NCBI GenBank assembly: GCA_951406725.2
Contig: OX597819.1
Location: 78,740,001 to 78,804,000 of the forward strand
Origin: Octopus vulgaris
Taxonomy: Eukaryota
Direction: 5' to 3'
Length of the DNA stretch: 64,000 nucleotides
This document shows, in pieces, positions 13,468-27,764 of the stretch. The notes beneath the pieces were generated by a model, which searched no databases, had not been told where the DNA came from, and was given only the letters and a program-made list of their open reading frames with translations. Both the position numbers and the translations under genes were made by a program. Numbering within the stretch: the first letter of the stretch is position 1; each line of letters starts with the position of its first letter.

Positions 13468-13680
13468 ATGGGTTGGACGATTTTGACTGAGGGCTGGCGA
13501 GCCAGATGGCTGCACCAGGCTCCAATCTTGATCTGGCAGAGTTTCTACAGCTGGATACCCTTCCTAATGCCAACCACTCCGAGAGTGTAGTGGGTGCTTT
13601 TTACATGTCACCGGCACGGGAGCCAGTCAGGCGGTACTGGCAATGACCTTGCTCGAATCTTTTTGCACGTGGCACAGGTG
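13468..13680 (-). mobile_element. SINE family B
   Basis: TTTCTACAGCTGGATACCCTTCCTAATGCCAACCACTCCGAGAGTGTAGTGGGTGCTTTTTAC. Confidence 0.8.
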
Positions 13681-14450
13681 TAAGTGAAGCGATGTTGGTA
13701 ATGATACTCAAAAGTATGCATATGTGTATATACAAACAATTGCACTTGAGTCCTAGAAAAGCAGTAAGAGCAGCATACACACACGCACACACACACACAC
13801 ACAGTGTATGTATATATTGTGTATGCATGTCTGTGTGTATATACACACGTCTTCTAATATTTATGTATGCTATGTGTGTTGGTTTTTTTTTTGTTTCCTT
13901 GTTAGCTGTTAGTACATCTTTTTAACCTTTTCCGATCTCCATTTAAATGAAAGTTAGCTCATACATAAACTTATATTCACATACATATGTGAATATTTGT
14001 TCATAGCATACACTCAGCTTTGACTACAGGTATATGTTTGTGTGTATGGTGTATACACAAGATTTGTGCTTAGGTATACATCTGTTTGAGAAACATACCC
14101 AGACTTGTATACACTCATATATTTGTGTGTTACATCCACTTATTTATATGCATGCATGTGTGTGTGTGTGTGTGTGTGCACGCGCATGTGTGTGTGTGTG
14201 TGTGCGCGTGTGTGTGTGTGTGTGCATGGGGATAAATTGGGGGGAGAGACATAATATTTGAGAATTATAAACATTCAAACCATGCTGAATTACATTGTTG
14301 TGGCTATGTAAATCAAGCCTTATCAATAGAAAGAAGAAAAATGTCATAGCAGATTTCTTATAATTATATTTCATGTAGAGTACTGATATATATTTCACCA
14401 TGACAGGGTTTGAATCCAAAGTGTAAGAATGCTGGAAATGACGATTAATG

Positions 14451-14484
<34 letters not shown>

Positions 14485-14485
<1 letters not shown>

Positions 14486-14845
14486 CCTTTCTACTATGGG
14501 CACAAGGCCTGAAATCTCAGAAGAGGTTAGTTGATTGCATTGACTCCAGTGCCTCACTGATACTGAATTTATCGACCCTTTTCTACTCTAGGCACAAGGC
14601 CCGAAATTTTTGGGGAGGAGGCCAATCAATTAGATCAATCCCAGTACACAACTGGTACTTAATTTATTGACCCTGAATACTGCTAAGCATTTCGCCTGGC
14701 ATGCTGACGTTTCTGCCAGCTTGCTGCCTTTAATTTATTGAACCTGAAAGGATGAAAGGCAAAGTGAACCTCAGCAGAATTTGAACTCAGAATGTAAAGA
14801 CTGACAAAATGTCATTTCCTGGCATGCTAACAATTCTGCCAGCAC
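14485..14845 (-). mobile_element. Cluster of SINE family D fragments
   Basis: Repeated TTTCTACT...GGCACAAGGCC.GAAAT, GGTACTTAATTTATTGACCC and GAAAGGATGAAAGGCAAAG. Confidence 0.75.
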
Positions 14846-14852
14846 ATCAATA

Positions 14853-15329
14853 ATAAAAAGATGGGCTACAGTAAATATTCTGTTCAGTACCATGGATTTG
14901 CTTATCAGTTGTTTGACCATAACCAGTTGAGCATGTCCCTTAGTGGCTGACGATATGTGCATCTCTAATCATGAGCAGAAGTAGTGGGAGAACATTATAG
15001 CCATGTGTTGAGAGGAATTCTCTGGAGTTTGAATAATTCACCTCTGGAAACATGGGTGTTTTGTTCAACATCCTTAAACAACCCTTATTCTGGGATCTTT
15101 TGAACAGGATGGGCTCCTTGACCTGTAGAAAATTCTAACTGGGCCCCACCTGCAAAGTCATGTGCTACTTATTTTGATATGAGTTTACTATGTCATGCAC
15201 ATATGGTTGTCATGCATGTGTCTGATGTACCCTTGTCAGATGGGTATACTGGGCCTCATATATTTGTACCCCAGTGTCACTTCGATGACATGTGCTGCTC
15301 TCTCAATCAATAATAATAATAATAATAAT
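14853..15329 (+). mobile_element. Repeat family C
   Basis: Colinear with 181-630; ends in (AAT)n. Confidence 0.8.
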
Positions 15330-15623
15330 TTCGGATTTTGGCATTAGGCTAGCAACTTTAGTGGGCTGGTGTAAGTCAATTACATCAACCTCAGTGCTTG
15401 ACTGGTCTTATTGATCCTGAAAGGATGAAAGGCAAGGTGAACTTTGGCTGAATTTGAACTCAGAATATAAAAAACGAGGAGAAATATCACCAAGCATTCT
15501 CCCCTTGTGCTAACATTTATGCCAACTCTCTGCATAATCATAATAATATTAAAAATAATAATTATAATGATAATGGCTTCAAATTTTGGCACAATGCCAG
15601 TAACTTTAGGGGAAGGTCTAAGT

Positions 15624-15899
15624 CAGGGCTGGCCAACATGAGGCCCACAGACTTATCTCTTGCAAGCCACTTGTTTAAACAAACATTTTAAAAAATTATC
15701 AAAAATTAAAGATTATAATGAAAAGTAAAAAAGAAAGATACTACTGTTTTTGCAATGATAATATTTCATGATGAATCAACAATCAACAAATTCATTATTG
15801 TAATAATAGCATGAGAAATCAAAATGCTTTCGATTCTCTCAGTATACAACTTTCTGTGATTAAAGTGACCCGCAATGTAATTTGATTTGGCCAGGCTTG
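15624..15899. mobile_element. hAT (Charlie-like) MITE with 8-bp target-site duplication
   Basis: GTCTAAGT at 15616-15623 and 15900-15907; imperfect TIR CAGGGCTGGCCAA...TTGGCCAGGCTTG; inserted in a family D SINE. Confidence 0.85.
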
Positions 15900-16087
15900 G
15901 TCTAAGTTGATGTAATCGACCTCAGTGCTCAACTGGTACTACCTTAGCTTAGAGGATAAAAGGTGAAGTTGACCATGGCAGCATTTGGACTCAGAGCATA
16001 AAGACGAATGAAATGCTGCTAAGCATCTTGTACAGCACTAAAGATTCTGGACAAAAATGCTTAGTGGCTTATTAATAATAATTGTTT

Positions 16088-16258
16088 CCCTTGTAACATT
16101 CAGATTATTCTGTCAAATGTAATGTTTATGTATTTCTATTGTTTGGTTTTGGAACGACAAAGTAGGGCAGGTGTTTGAGGTTGGTTCTGGCCAGTTTGAG
16201 CATAAAACAGGTAGGGTATTTGGGCTGCATATCGCTGGTTTAAATGCTGAAAGGTTAA
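16088..16258. mobile_element. piggyBac-type MITE (decayed copy)
   Basis: CATTCAGATTATTCTGTCAAATGT body; ends AAATGCTGAAAGGTTAA. Confidence 0.7.
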
Positions 16259-18823
16259 GCGCTAATTTGAAATTTCGGGAGAGGAACAATTGATAAAATC
16301 GACTCCATTATTCAACAGATGATGATTTATGTTATCAACCCCTGAAAGATGAACAGTAGCTTCTTATGTAAGTACAGGGCTATACATTTTGTGAGAAGGA
16401 ATCAGTTAAGGCCAGTACTTGACTGGTCTGTTATTGACACAGAAGGGTAAAGGGCTAACTTGAACCATAATGGGGTCTGAACTTGGTATGTAGATGGAAA
16501 CTAATAACCATAAACCAAATATAGAATAGTTATGAACAATAATGATTTATAATTATAGCAACCAAGTCGTTGCAACTGCTGCTACTCACGTTTCATATTG
16601 ATGCAGTACAAGAGTATCTTTGTAAGGGCCAGTGAGATGAGATTAATCCCAAAGCATTGTCGATTAGATTGACCTCAAAGCATTTTATTGGTGTCTATTT
16701 TTATCACAGCTGTTTCTTTATTGCGTAATTTGAATTTTATTCAGGTTGGGCAGCATCATTGCAAACTATTGTATTGTTGTTTATACCCCATCTCCCTATG
16801 CTTTGGAATAGCAGATTCGGCCTCTTTTCAGAAGTGATATGAGTGTGTGGCACTGACAAGCTGCAAAAACAGTGAAATGCACATCTCATGGTTGCTGGTT
16901 ATTTTGTTTTGCCTCCCGCGAAGTATTATCATTTTTTTGAAAGCATTATGTCTATGAAAGGAATTTTTTTTCTCTCTACAGAAAATGCATATTCTGGTTT
17001 TTCAATAACAATACATTAAGTATGTAATATAGAGAAATATTTTTATAAATTTTGAAATGATGATGATGAGACCCAGTAAATTGCATAAGGCAAGAAAAAA
17101 AGAAAAAGTAATAAAAAAACTCCAATCATGAAAATGGCAAGAATATTGTTATTTAAAAAAAAAAAATTCTCTCTTAATTAATAATATAAAAAAAATGATG
17201 ATAATGATGATGAGGCTGATAATGATTATAATATGAATTTTAAAAAATGATAATAATTTGAAATAAAAATTAGTTTATGTTGGCTACATTTCAAGTCATG
17301 TTATTCTCATTACAGAGCAATTTCTCTGTAAATCACTGTCTACTAACGAGGGCAGCATCGTTCAAGACAGCCAAAATGATTTCTTTCCGGGCCTGTGGTG
17401 TAATAATCATTATGACTCCGTGTAGGAATTTCAGAACTCTTCTTCATTTCTATTAGAGTAATTTAGTAAGAAAGAGAGAATGAAAGGATAGGGAAAGAGA
17501 GAGAAGGAAAAAAGGAATGAAGGAAGGAAGGAAAGAAGGGGAGAGTATGAGAAGTGAAAGTGAAGATCTTGATAACCATCAATTTAAAACAATAAATTTT
17601 CCATTTGTAAAGGCCAGCAGGTCAATAGCATTTAGTGTCAGTGTGTATGTGTGTGTGTGTTTGGAGATCAATATATTTTTGACAGTTTACCCTCATAGCT
17701 CAATGTATTTTAGACTGTGAGACTGGTGGGTTGGTAGGTTTGTTGTAAGATTGGCTGTATAGTCACTAGTTTTGCTTTCCATGACCATCAGTGCACTGTG
17801 TCCATGGCAAATAACAAAGCCAAAAAACAACAACAACAATAATAATAATAATGATAATAAATAATTCTCTCTGCTTTTGCTGGCTCTGTCCACAAAGCTT
17901 ATAACTAGTTACCATGGAAATGCGACTCAGATCACTGCTGTCAGCTGTAAGCTGTAAAGTCAATGTACGTGATTGACAGTTGTGCTGTGTATGTATGGTC
18001 CTGTGCATATGCGTGTGTGCATGTGTGTGTGTGTTTCAGCTTGCAATGATCAGCTACTTCTACATCTAAGCAACATGTAGCAGCAATTTTTTTTTTTCTT
18101 TCCCTCCTCCAACTGTTTAATGCTATCAAAACTGAAAGATGGAGATAGCAAGAGAGCTATACAGAACATTCCGGTAATTATTATTATTATTGTTGTTGTT
18201 GTTGTTATTATTATTATTATTATTACTTGTGATCTTCCAAGAAAGATCACCGTCATCATCATCATTCTTTAATGTCCACTTTTCCCTGCTTTTATGGGTC
18301 AGATGGAAGTTTTTGAGGAGAATTTTCCACAGCTGGATGCCTTTCCTATTGCCAACCCTCACCTTTTTCCAATCATGGTTATGTTCCCCGTGACCACACA
18401 TGTTTTCACAGAAGATTGGAATTTTTCAGTCACAGAATCATATAATACATTATTTGATTGTTTCTTGAAGAATTTCTAATAGGATAGATCACAAGTGTTT
18501 CTCCTACAAATGCAGTTTTATAACTACTATTAGCAAACGAAACATGTGTAATGGTGAATAAATATTACCAAGACTCTTTTTCCAATCTCCAGTTTCAATT
18601 TGTAATTACTCTACAAAATGTTTTTCCCTGTGTTTTTCAACTCTTGTGCATACCTTACATTAATATAACATCTACGTACAATTTTGGAATACTGGAATAC
18701 AGTCCTCCTACATCCATGTACACAAACACTCAAACAGTGTGTGGGTGTGCAATGCAATTTGTTCTATATAACCTTTGCGTGCTCATCTGTGAGAGGGAAG
18801 CCTGCATATATAGTTATCTCTTT

Positions 18824-18855
<32 letters not shown>

Positions 18856-19008
18856 CTCATGTGTGTACACATTATTGATAGGCTTTTGTGTGAGGGGGTG
18901 TTTACAGTTGTAGGTGGGTGTGAGTGTATGTGCATAATGTCTTGTATGTATTGAAATGTGTGTGTGTTTGTATGTATTGTTGAGATTTCATATGTATTAT
19001 AATGACAG

Positions 19009-19052
<44 letters not shown>

Positions 19053-19332
19053 AGATTTCATACATATCATAATGACAAAATTATATATATAGACACACAT
19101 GTAAATGTGAATGTGTATGTATGCGCATGTGTTTTATATGTATATATAAATATATATATATACTTATAATAGATATAGATATATCATCGTCGTTTAATGT
19201 CCCTCTTCCATGTTGGACATATACATATAATGTGTGTGTGTGTATACACTCAAAAATGTATACTTGCATGTATCAGAAATCAGAAAAAAGAAAATTATTC
19301 ATCTGCTTCAGAAACAACAAAACCGTAATTAA

Positions 19333-19377
<45 letters not shown>

Positions 19378-19970
19378 TGCACACATAAATTTCTAATAAA
19401 TGAGGACTTGTACAGGCACCTAACATGATTTTCTTCTCTTTGCTGATTCTTTGATATAAAATATTAGTGTTATTGGTGTAAATGTGTTGTATCGTCTAAC
19501 ACTGGTTTGATTAATCAATTCCTAATTGTAAGCGGTCATATTTATCTATCTATCAATTTCTCTCTCTCTCATATATATATATATAGTCACATGTGTATCT
19601 GTATACATATGTGCATCTATATTCATGTTGATCTATATACATATATTTGTATCTATTCATATTCTTTTACTCTTATATACTCTTATATATGTCTCAGCCC
19701 ACAAGTTGCGGCCATGCTGGAGCCCCGCTGGCAAAAGTAATATTGCTTTCAAATTTTGGCACAAGGCCAGCAATTTTAGGGGAGCTTAGTAAGTTGATTA
19801 AATTGACCCCAGTGATCAACTGGTACTTACTTTATTTACCCTAAAAAGATGAAATGAAAAGTTAAGTCATCCTTGGGGGAATTTGAACTCAGAATGTAAA
19901 AACGGACAAAATGCCACTAAGCAATTTGATAACGATTCCGCCAGCTTGCTATCTTATGTGTGTGTGTATG

Positions 19971-20013
<43 letters not shown>

Positions 20014-20222
20014 TGTTGCTATAATGTTACTGTCGTATGTCCAAATTTGGCCAAGTGCATTTTTTTCAATGTTTCTTTTTGCTTTGGTCAAACTATCATA
20101 TTTCTATCTGCTTCAGATGCCAAGATATCAAAAGTGTGGCGCAACAGTTTTGCTATGGAATATTGACACTATTTTTTCGTCTTCTGAAAAAGCAACGTTT
20201 TGGACTTACGAAACTTTTGCAC

Positions 20223-20254
<32 letters not shown>

Positions 20255-20256
20255 TA

Positions 20257-20613
20257 GGAGTGGCTGTCTGATAAGCAGCTTGCTTCCCAACCACATGGTT
20301 CCGAGTTCAGTCCCACTGCGTGGCACCTTGATCAATTGTCTTTCTATTATGGCCTCGGGCTGACCAAAGCCTTGTGAGTAGATGGAAACTGAAAGAAACC
20401 TGTCATATATATACTGTGTATCTGTGTTTGTACCCCCACCATCGCTTGACAACTGATGTTGGTGTGCTTATGTCTCCGTAACTTAGTGGTTCAGTAAAAA
20501 GAGTTTGATAGAATAAGTGCTAGGCTTAGAAAGAATAAGTGCTGGGGTCGATTTGTTTGACTAAAGGCAGTGCTCCAGCATGGCCACAGTCAAATGATTG
20601 AAACAAATAAAAG
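20257..20613 (+). mobile_element. Full-length SINE family A (tRNA-like head, CORE-like motif, internal microsatellite, tail 1)
   Basis: A-box-like GGAGTGGCTG, B-box-like GAGTTCAGTCCC, TGGCACCTTG motif, ends GAAACAAATAAAAGA. Confidence 0.85.
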
Positions 20614-20923
20614 ACTACACACACACACACTCTCTCTCTCTCTCTCTCTCTCTGAAGCATGGCTGTCTGGTTAAGAAGTTTGCTTCCTAACAACATGGTG
20701 AGAATGCATCATCATCATTGCTGCTTTAACCTCCACTTTTCCATGCTTGCATGGATCAGAATTTAAGACAGGTTTTTTATGGCTAGATGCTCTTCCAACC
20801 CTTGCCACTTTCCCATGGTCAAACATGCTTACACAGAATATTAGAAATGAATGGCACTGCTTGTATCATATTGATACTCACTTACAACTATCATAGAATG
20901 GGAAAGCATACACACATATGCAC

Positions 20924-20958
<35 letters not shown>

Positions 20959-20960
<2 letters not shown>

Positions 20961-21155
20961 AATATTGAAAATATACATATATATATAAATATTGAAATAT
21001 TGAAAATATACATATATATATAAATATTTGAATATTGAAAATATATATATATATATTTAAATATTGAAAAAAATATATATATATATATATTTAGATATTG
21101 AAAAAAAAATATATATGTATTCAAATATTGAAAAAAAAAAAAAAATATATATATA
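20959..21155. repeat. Minisatellite of AAATATTGAAAA plus (TA)n units, about 7 copies
   Basis: Direct inspection. Confidence 0.85.
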
Positions 21156-21212
21156 TATACACACACACACATATGTACATATATGCGCATAGACATACAC
21201 ACACACATAAAA

Positions 21213-21610
21213 GGCTTCACCAGACTGGTAGATGTACAGGTGACTGGCAGGTTTCCTGAAGTTAGTATTACAGATAATAAGATCATTGGCATCATAGAAC
21301 TCTAGTAACCTGGTTCTCCCCTCATTGCGGGAACAAAATCCATTTCCACTATGTACACCAAGGAAGCTCCCTGGATGTTGTTCATTCAACATGCCCATTG
21401 AAGTCGCTAGCCATAAAGAGAAAGTCCCTGTCATTCGTCAACAAGGCAGTCTGCAAGAGGGTGTCGTAAAATCAGTCTTAATGTTCATGAGGTAGCCCTG
21501 GCTAAGGGCCATAGGCCAAGATAATTTTTGCTAATCCATGTTGCAGCACTAGTCTAGATTTAAGTATTCTATTACAGATTCTGGCTACCTCGATTACCTT
21601 AACAGTATTC
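21213..21610 (-). pseudogene. RTE-clade LINE apurinic-endonuclease fragment
   Basis: Minus frames read ILAYGP*PG...FYDTL...ASDFNGHV...GVHSGNGFCSRNEGRTRLLEF...LIICNTNFRKPASHL, with stops and a frameshift. Confidence 0.85.
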
Positions 21611-21639
21611 TATGACAAACTCAGATTACCTATATATAT

Positions 21640-21880
21640 CATCATCCTCATCATCGTTTAATGTCCATTTTCCTTGCTGGCATGGGTTGGATGGTTTGAC
21701 CAAGGTCTGGAAAGCCGGCAGCTGCATCAGGCTCTCCAATCTGATCTGGCAATGTTTCTACAGCTGGATGCCCTTCCAAACACCAACCACTCCGAATGTG
21801 TAGTGGGGGCTTTTTACGTGTCACCAGCACAAGAGCCATTCAGGCGGGCCTGGCATCGACCATGTTCAGATAGTGCTTCT
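21640..21880 (-). mobile_element. SINE family B
   Basis: CATCATCGTTTAATGTCC...TTTCTACAGCTGGATGCCCTTCC. Confidence 0.8.
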
Positions 21881-21948
21881 TTTATGCTTTCACTTGTTTT
21901 AGTTATTTGATTGTGGCCATGCTGGAGCACCATATATATATGTTGTCA

Positions 21949-22033
<85 letters not shown>

Positions 22034-22937
22034 TAATAATAATAATAAAATATATATATTGTTTCATATATATTAAATGTTGCAGTTTTTCATATATGAA
22101 TGACAAGAAGCATTTACTGATGAAAAGAACTGAATACTTGTTTTAGAGTGAAATTTGTTATAAATGTTTGGTTGACTTCAAGTTTTGCATGTCTCAAGGC
22201 TTGTTATTTTATTTACTTATTTTTCTATATAAATTGCATTTATTTGTATAGCATTCTATATATTTTACTTAATGTGTATATTCTGTAAGAAAGCCATACT
22301 ACTGTGGTATATATCTTAAGAAAGCATCTCGTATACACATATAAGGTCTGAAATGTGCAGAAGTGTATCAGTAGCTGATGTAAAGTGTCCAGCAGCTGTG
22401 GTGGAATTGGTAGATCTGGTATTTCTGCACATTTACACATCATCAGTAGCAAGTATCCACTGTCAGCTCTGTGTTAAGACAAATCAATTTCCTTCCTCTG
22501 CTGGGCACTTTTCATTTGCTGCTAATTATTCCTCTGTGCTTTTTAGCACTAAGCTGCTTTCTCAAAATAAGGACCACAATTTCGTAGCTTTCTTACAATA
22601 TATCCACATTAAGTTAGATACATATGAAATGCTTTTCTGAACTGCTTCCAGCACTAACAATGAATTAATGTGTATGCTTATTAATAAATTATTCTTGCAG
22701 AAGTAGATTGTGTGTATGTGTTCTTAAACCAGATTACTCTCTCATTCCTGAATGTCTTGTGAGATGACACAACATAACTCACTTGTAAAGTCACTAATGA
22801 ATATCACTGATGTCATAAAAGGCAGCACATATGCCAGTTTGCCATCATGTGATTCTCATACTCTGCACTCTTTTAGTACAGCTTTATGTGGAACATTTTG
22901 TTTGTTTTTTTGTACAAAAGGAAATTGTTAATACTAT

Positions 22938-23281
22938 GAGCATGGCTCAGTGGTTAGAGCGTTGAGCTTACAATCGTGAGGTTGTGAGCTCGAATCCTGG
23001 ACCGGGCTGCGTGTTGTGTTCTTGAGCAAGGCACTTTATTTCACGTTGCTCCAGTTCACTCAGCTGTAGAAATGAGTTGCGACGTCACAGGTGCCAAGCT
23101 GTATCGACCTTTGTCTTTCCCTTGGATAACACTGGTGGCGTGGAGAGGGGAGGCTGGTATGCATGGGCGACTGCTGGTCTTCCATAAACAACCTTGCCCG
23201 GACTTGTGTCTAGGAGGGTAACTTTCTAGGCGCAGTCCCATGGTCATTCATGACCGAAGGGGGTCTTTACCCCTTACCTTT
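22938..23281 (+). mobile_element. tRNA-derived CORE-type SINE (family E); related heads at ~40965 and ~47578
   Basis: A box TGGCTCAGTGG, B box GCTCGAATCC, CORE-like TGTGTTCTTGAGCAAGGCACTT...CTCAGCTGTAGAAATG, TTTACC-like tail. Confidence 0.8.
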
Positions 23282-23886
23282 ATATCCTTTTTGTACCTGA
23301 CATCAGGCCCAAATTTGTTCGTCTTAATCGACTTTTTGTTCAAGATAAACATTATTTTAACATATTTTTGTAGCCAATATTGTGGCTATATCAAGAATCT
23401 TTCTTAAATTGTTAATGATAATAAGAAACATCATAATGGTTTCAAATTTTGGCATAAGACTAGCCTCGGCCTGAGGCTACTAGAGAAGATACTTGACCAA
23501 AGTTTCATGCTGTAGAACTGAACCCTGAACTATGTGGTTGGGAAGCAAATTTCTCACCACACAGCCACACCTGAATGTGTGTGTGTTAGCTCTTAAGAAG
23601 ATATTGTAGGGGTGGTTCCCTATATTTTAAGTTAATCAATTGAATGCACCTGAATACATAACTGAATAAATAAATATAATAAAGCCCATAATAAATAAAT
23701 GTATACAACCCTTTATTTCTTTCTATTTTATATACAGACATACATACAGATATATATATATATATTATATATAAGTAATAGCAAAAGAAAATAATTTCTA
23801 ATGCCAAAATATGCCGAAAATAGACACGTCAATAACCATGTAATTTATCACTACAAGCACGCTTTTCGAAGAAAGCCGACAGAAAT

Positions 23887-23956
<70 letters not shown>

Positions 23957-23959
<3 letters not shown>

Positions 23960-24160
23960 ACCTCGTGAAGACCAGTTGTATTTTTTTTTTTTCCCTCTGT
24001 CCTCCCACCTCGGGATCTTTCTTTCTCCTATGTTTCCGACGAAGAGCTCCGCTCAAAACGTCATACCCTCCTTCCCTTTTTTCCTGAGCGCCCAATAATA
24101 CTTTATTTGTTCCACATCCTCGCGTTGTTGTCTTTTTGTTTTCTTGTTTGGATTAACTTT
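23957..24160 (+). mobile_element. Probable Penelope-like terminal-repeat fragment in (TA)n with decayed minimal hammerhead motif
   Basis: GTTT-CCGACGA-AGAGC-TCC-GCTC-AAAAC-GTC at ~24032-24062; homologous to 30075-30240; (TA)n on both sides. Confidence 0.55.
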
Positions 24161-24747
24161 ATATATATATATGTATATAGAAAACAGTTACCCAAGGTGC
24201 CACATGGTATGACTGAACCCAAGATCACATGGTTGGGAAGCAAGTTTCTTAACCACACTGTCATGCTCACATGGAATTAACAAATATACTCTATCTCTGT
24301 GTCTTTGTTATTTTCTTTTTATGCATGTGTGTGTGCACATGCTTACGTTTCTGGTTTTTGTTTATCTTTTTTCTGTATAAATCGCTTCTGGGTTTGTCTC
24401 TATGTATGCGGGTGTATGCATCTCCATGATTTTGTTTTGTTTTTTTTTTAATGCTTCTGTATGTACGATCGTGGTCTATTTTATCCTTCCGCTGGTATCT
24501 GCGCATGTGTGTTGGTTTCTGTGTCTTTGGTGTGGTGTCTTTTTGATACGTCTTACATTAGCTGCTCGACTCAATTTGTTGTTTGTTTTTTGTTATTGTT
24601 TTTGCATCACACCTCTAATAAATGAATAGGTAAATTATTAAATAAGGTAGATAAACAGATAACTAAGCAGAAGAGATGCTTTAGATATTTAGATGGAGTC
24701 ATCTAAGCAGCCAGAAAACCGTATGTGCGTGTGCTGTGTGTTTGTGT

Positions 24748-24785
<38 letters not shown>

Positions 24786-25409
24786 GCACACACACACACA
24801 CACACATTTCGATGAGACACTAAGATAACCAAGTAGATGAATAGATGAATAACTAAGTAGATTAAATTGATAGATAACACAATCTCAGATAAACAATGCC
24901 AAACAATAGCAATCTCCCATAGTTTCCATCCCAACACCAGCTCCTCTGCGATATTCACACAATCAAATGTTTAACTAGCACAATACATCAGTTAACAAAT
25001 TTACAAACGTTCAATTAATTTCAGATTTGTAATTGTTTCTTTTGTTGTTCTTATTGTTCATAAAGTGGTTTCATTTTTTTTTTGGTTTTTGTTCTTTTGC
25101 TGATAATTAAAATTTTATTTTTTTTAATTTTTTTATTTGAACAAAAATTTTGTAATATTTTATTTTTAAGTATTTTTGTTGTACCTTGTTGAAATTCTGT
25201 TTTTTTTTTTTTATAATCAGTTTGTCTGTGTGTCCCACCACCCTATTCTTGTTTAACTTTTTTTATTAAATTAGATAAGGGTGTTTTTATTTTCCAAAAT
25301 TATATTTCATTTTTTGTTTCTCTCAAAAAAACGTTTATTGTTAAATATCACTGTTCTTGTTTGTTTTTTTGTTTGTTATTGTCTTTTTAAGGGTGCTGCG
25401 TTAACACAC

Positions 25410-25625
25410 CCTTGCTGGTGTTGCGTAAACACACCCTTGCTGGTGGCACATAAAGAAAGCACCTACCACATTCTGCTAAGTGGTTGGTATTAGGAAGACC
25501 ATCCATCTGTAGAAACCATGCCACAACAGACAGCTGGAGTCTGGACAGCTCTCTGTGGGTCAGCTCCATGTCAAACTGTCCAACCCATGCCAGCATGGAG
25601 AGTGGACATTAAACGATGTTGATAA
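25410..25625 (+). mobile_element. SINE family B (decayed); other copies at ~25870-26040, 28325-28470, 47460-47564, 47915-48115, 52450-52602
   Basis: Shared GGTTGG..TTAGGAAG..CATCCA.CTGTAGAAAC and CCAACCCATGCCAGCATGG tail. Confidence 0.75.
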
Positions 25626-26539
25626 TATCTTTTTGCAGGTTTCACAGGGTGTGAACTCGTAGGGTTGTAGATTTAGTAACTCCCATGAATGTTCAATCTC
25701 ACTGGCCATCATTTAGTTCCTTCGCATTTCTCTCTCTCCGTCTCTCTCTTTCCTAATGGGTAAGCCATATATTCCACCTCTTCAAGACACCTTGTCCTTC
25801 TATCATACTTTAATATTCCTTGATAGTATACCCCACTCAGTTGAAGGATCCCTCTCTTATGGGAACCTGGTGACATCCACAGTGCTGGTGCTACGTACAA
25901 AGCACTCAATACTGTCTGTGAAGTGGTTGGCATTTGGAAAGGCATCCAGCTGTTGAAACCATGCCAGCATGAAAAAAGGACTGTTAAATGATCACTATGA
26001 CATTGAAGATGATGATGGTGGTGGTGACGATGATGATGAGTTCAATAAAATGAATGCAAGTACTGGCTTGATAGAAATATCATCTATCTAATGAGCTCTT
26101 CAAAATGGTTCTAATTGGGAATCAAACCCAATTGGAGATGTGGTCCACTTATAAATTTACTTTAGTGCCTCAGTTGATGCCATGAGGCAGTGAGTTAGCT
26201 GAGTTGAGAGAACTTCTGATGAAATACCTTGTGGTATATATTCAAGTGTCTTATGTTCGAAGTTCAAATCCTATAGAAGCTAACTTAACTTTCCCTTTCT
26301 TTGGGGTTCATAAATGAAGTCCCTATCCTGTAGGGTTGGGGAGCTGGCAGAATTGTCTGAGCATTCAATGGGAAACTCTGTCCTCTCTGGGTTCAAATCC
26401 TACCCCAGCTTTGAACTACTTGGCTAGGACACATAATACATTGCCCATTTTAATGCTAAATGCTTGGTACCTTGAGTGCTTTCAGCAGAGTGGATTTGTT
26501 TGACTAAAGGTTGCAGTCAAATGACTGAAACAAATAAAA

Positions 26540-26581
<42 letters not shown>

Positions 26582-27000
26582 ACCTAACCCAGAGAGGCTC
26601 TTATTACTTATCCAGTTCTTTGAAACCTCGGTTTCAGATAAAGGTTCCTATAGATATTTTCTTTTAAAGGCACAAATCAGTGCCTGTTGTTGAGTTTGAA
26701 CACATGACCATATGGCTCAGTTGTTTTACTTCTACATCTCAACTCGTGAATCAACTGAACCTACAAACAAAGAATAAAAATAACAATAATTGAATTTCCA
26801 TTTTCCCAATTTAATTTACAACTCCCAACCTCTGTATTTAAAGAGAAAAGAAAGATAAAAAAAAACAAACTACATTAAATATTTTTCAATTAATTTTATT
26901 TGTAAATAATTGAAAGGAGAAATAAACAGCAAAGAACTGATAGAGAGAAAAGGAAAGGAAGATGAGAGAGATAGAGGATAAGAGGAAGTGAAGAATGAAT

Positions 27001-27062
<62 letters not shown>

Positions 27063-27764
27063 GAGGCAGGACATAGAGATAGCAGAAAGATTAAATTAAA
27101 CATTGTCCATGCTTTAATTAATAGTTAGGTGTTTAGTTGTTAATAATGACGAATTTTGACATCAAGACATCAGTTTTGTTTGGTCTTGTACCTTTAAGTC
27201 GTTGTCATCATCATCTTCATAACACTGATGATGATGATGATCATCGCCATCATCATCATCATCAGCCTTCCTATCATTGTCATATTAACATGGTTATTGT
27301 AATTTCCTAATTATCATCAACATTATCATTTTTGTTGTCTCATCTTGGTTGATCTTTCATTTTCGTGTTGTCATCATCGCTATCCTTTTTTCTTGTTGTT
27401 GACATCATCTTTATCTTTGTCATGTCCATTGATAAGACAGCATCATCATAGACACTACTACTACTACTACTAGTACTACTACTGTCATGTTGTGAACTAT
27501 TATTATCATTTTGCAGCATCATTAGGAGTACAAGTGTTGCTTGGATCATTCTTACCATTATCCTCATCAACTATTCCTTTATTCTTTTACTTGTTTCAGT
27601 CATTTGACAGTGGCCATGTTGGAGCACTGTCTTGAAGGGTATTTTTAGTCAAACAAATCGACCCTCAGGACTTATTTTTTGAAGCCTAATACATATTCTA
27701 TCAGTCTCTTTTGCTGAACCACTAAGTTATAGGGATATAAACCCACCAAGACTGGTTGTCAAGC

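Noticed and set aside
22938-23010. tRNA gene (also the heads of SINE A and D)
   Set aside because: A and B boxes are present but there is no complete cloverleaf or terminator, and the sequence runs into SINE core and tail.
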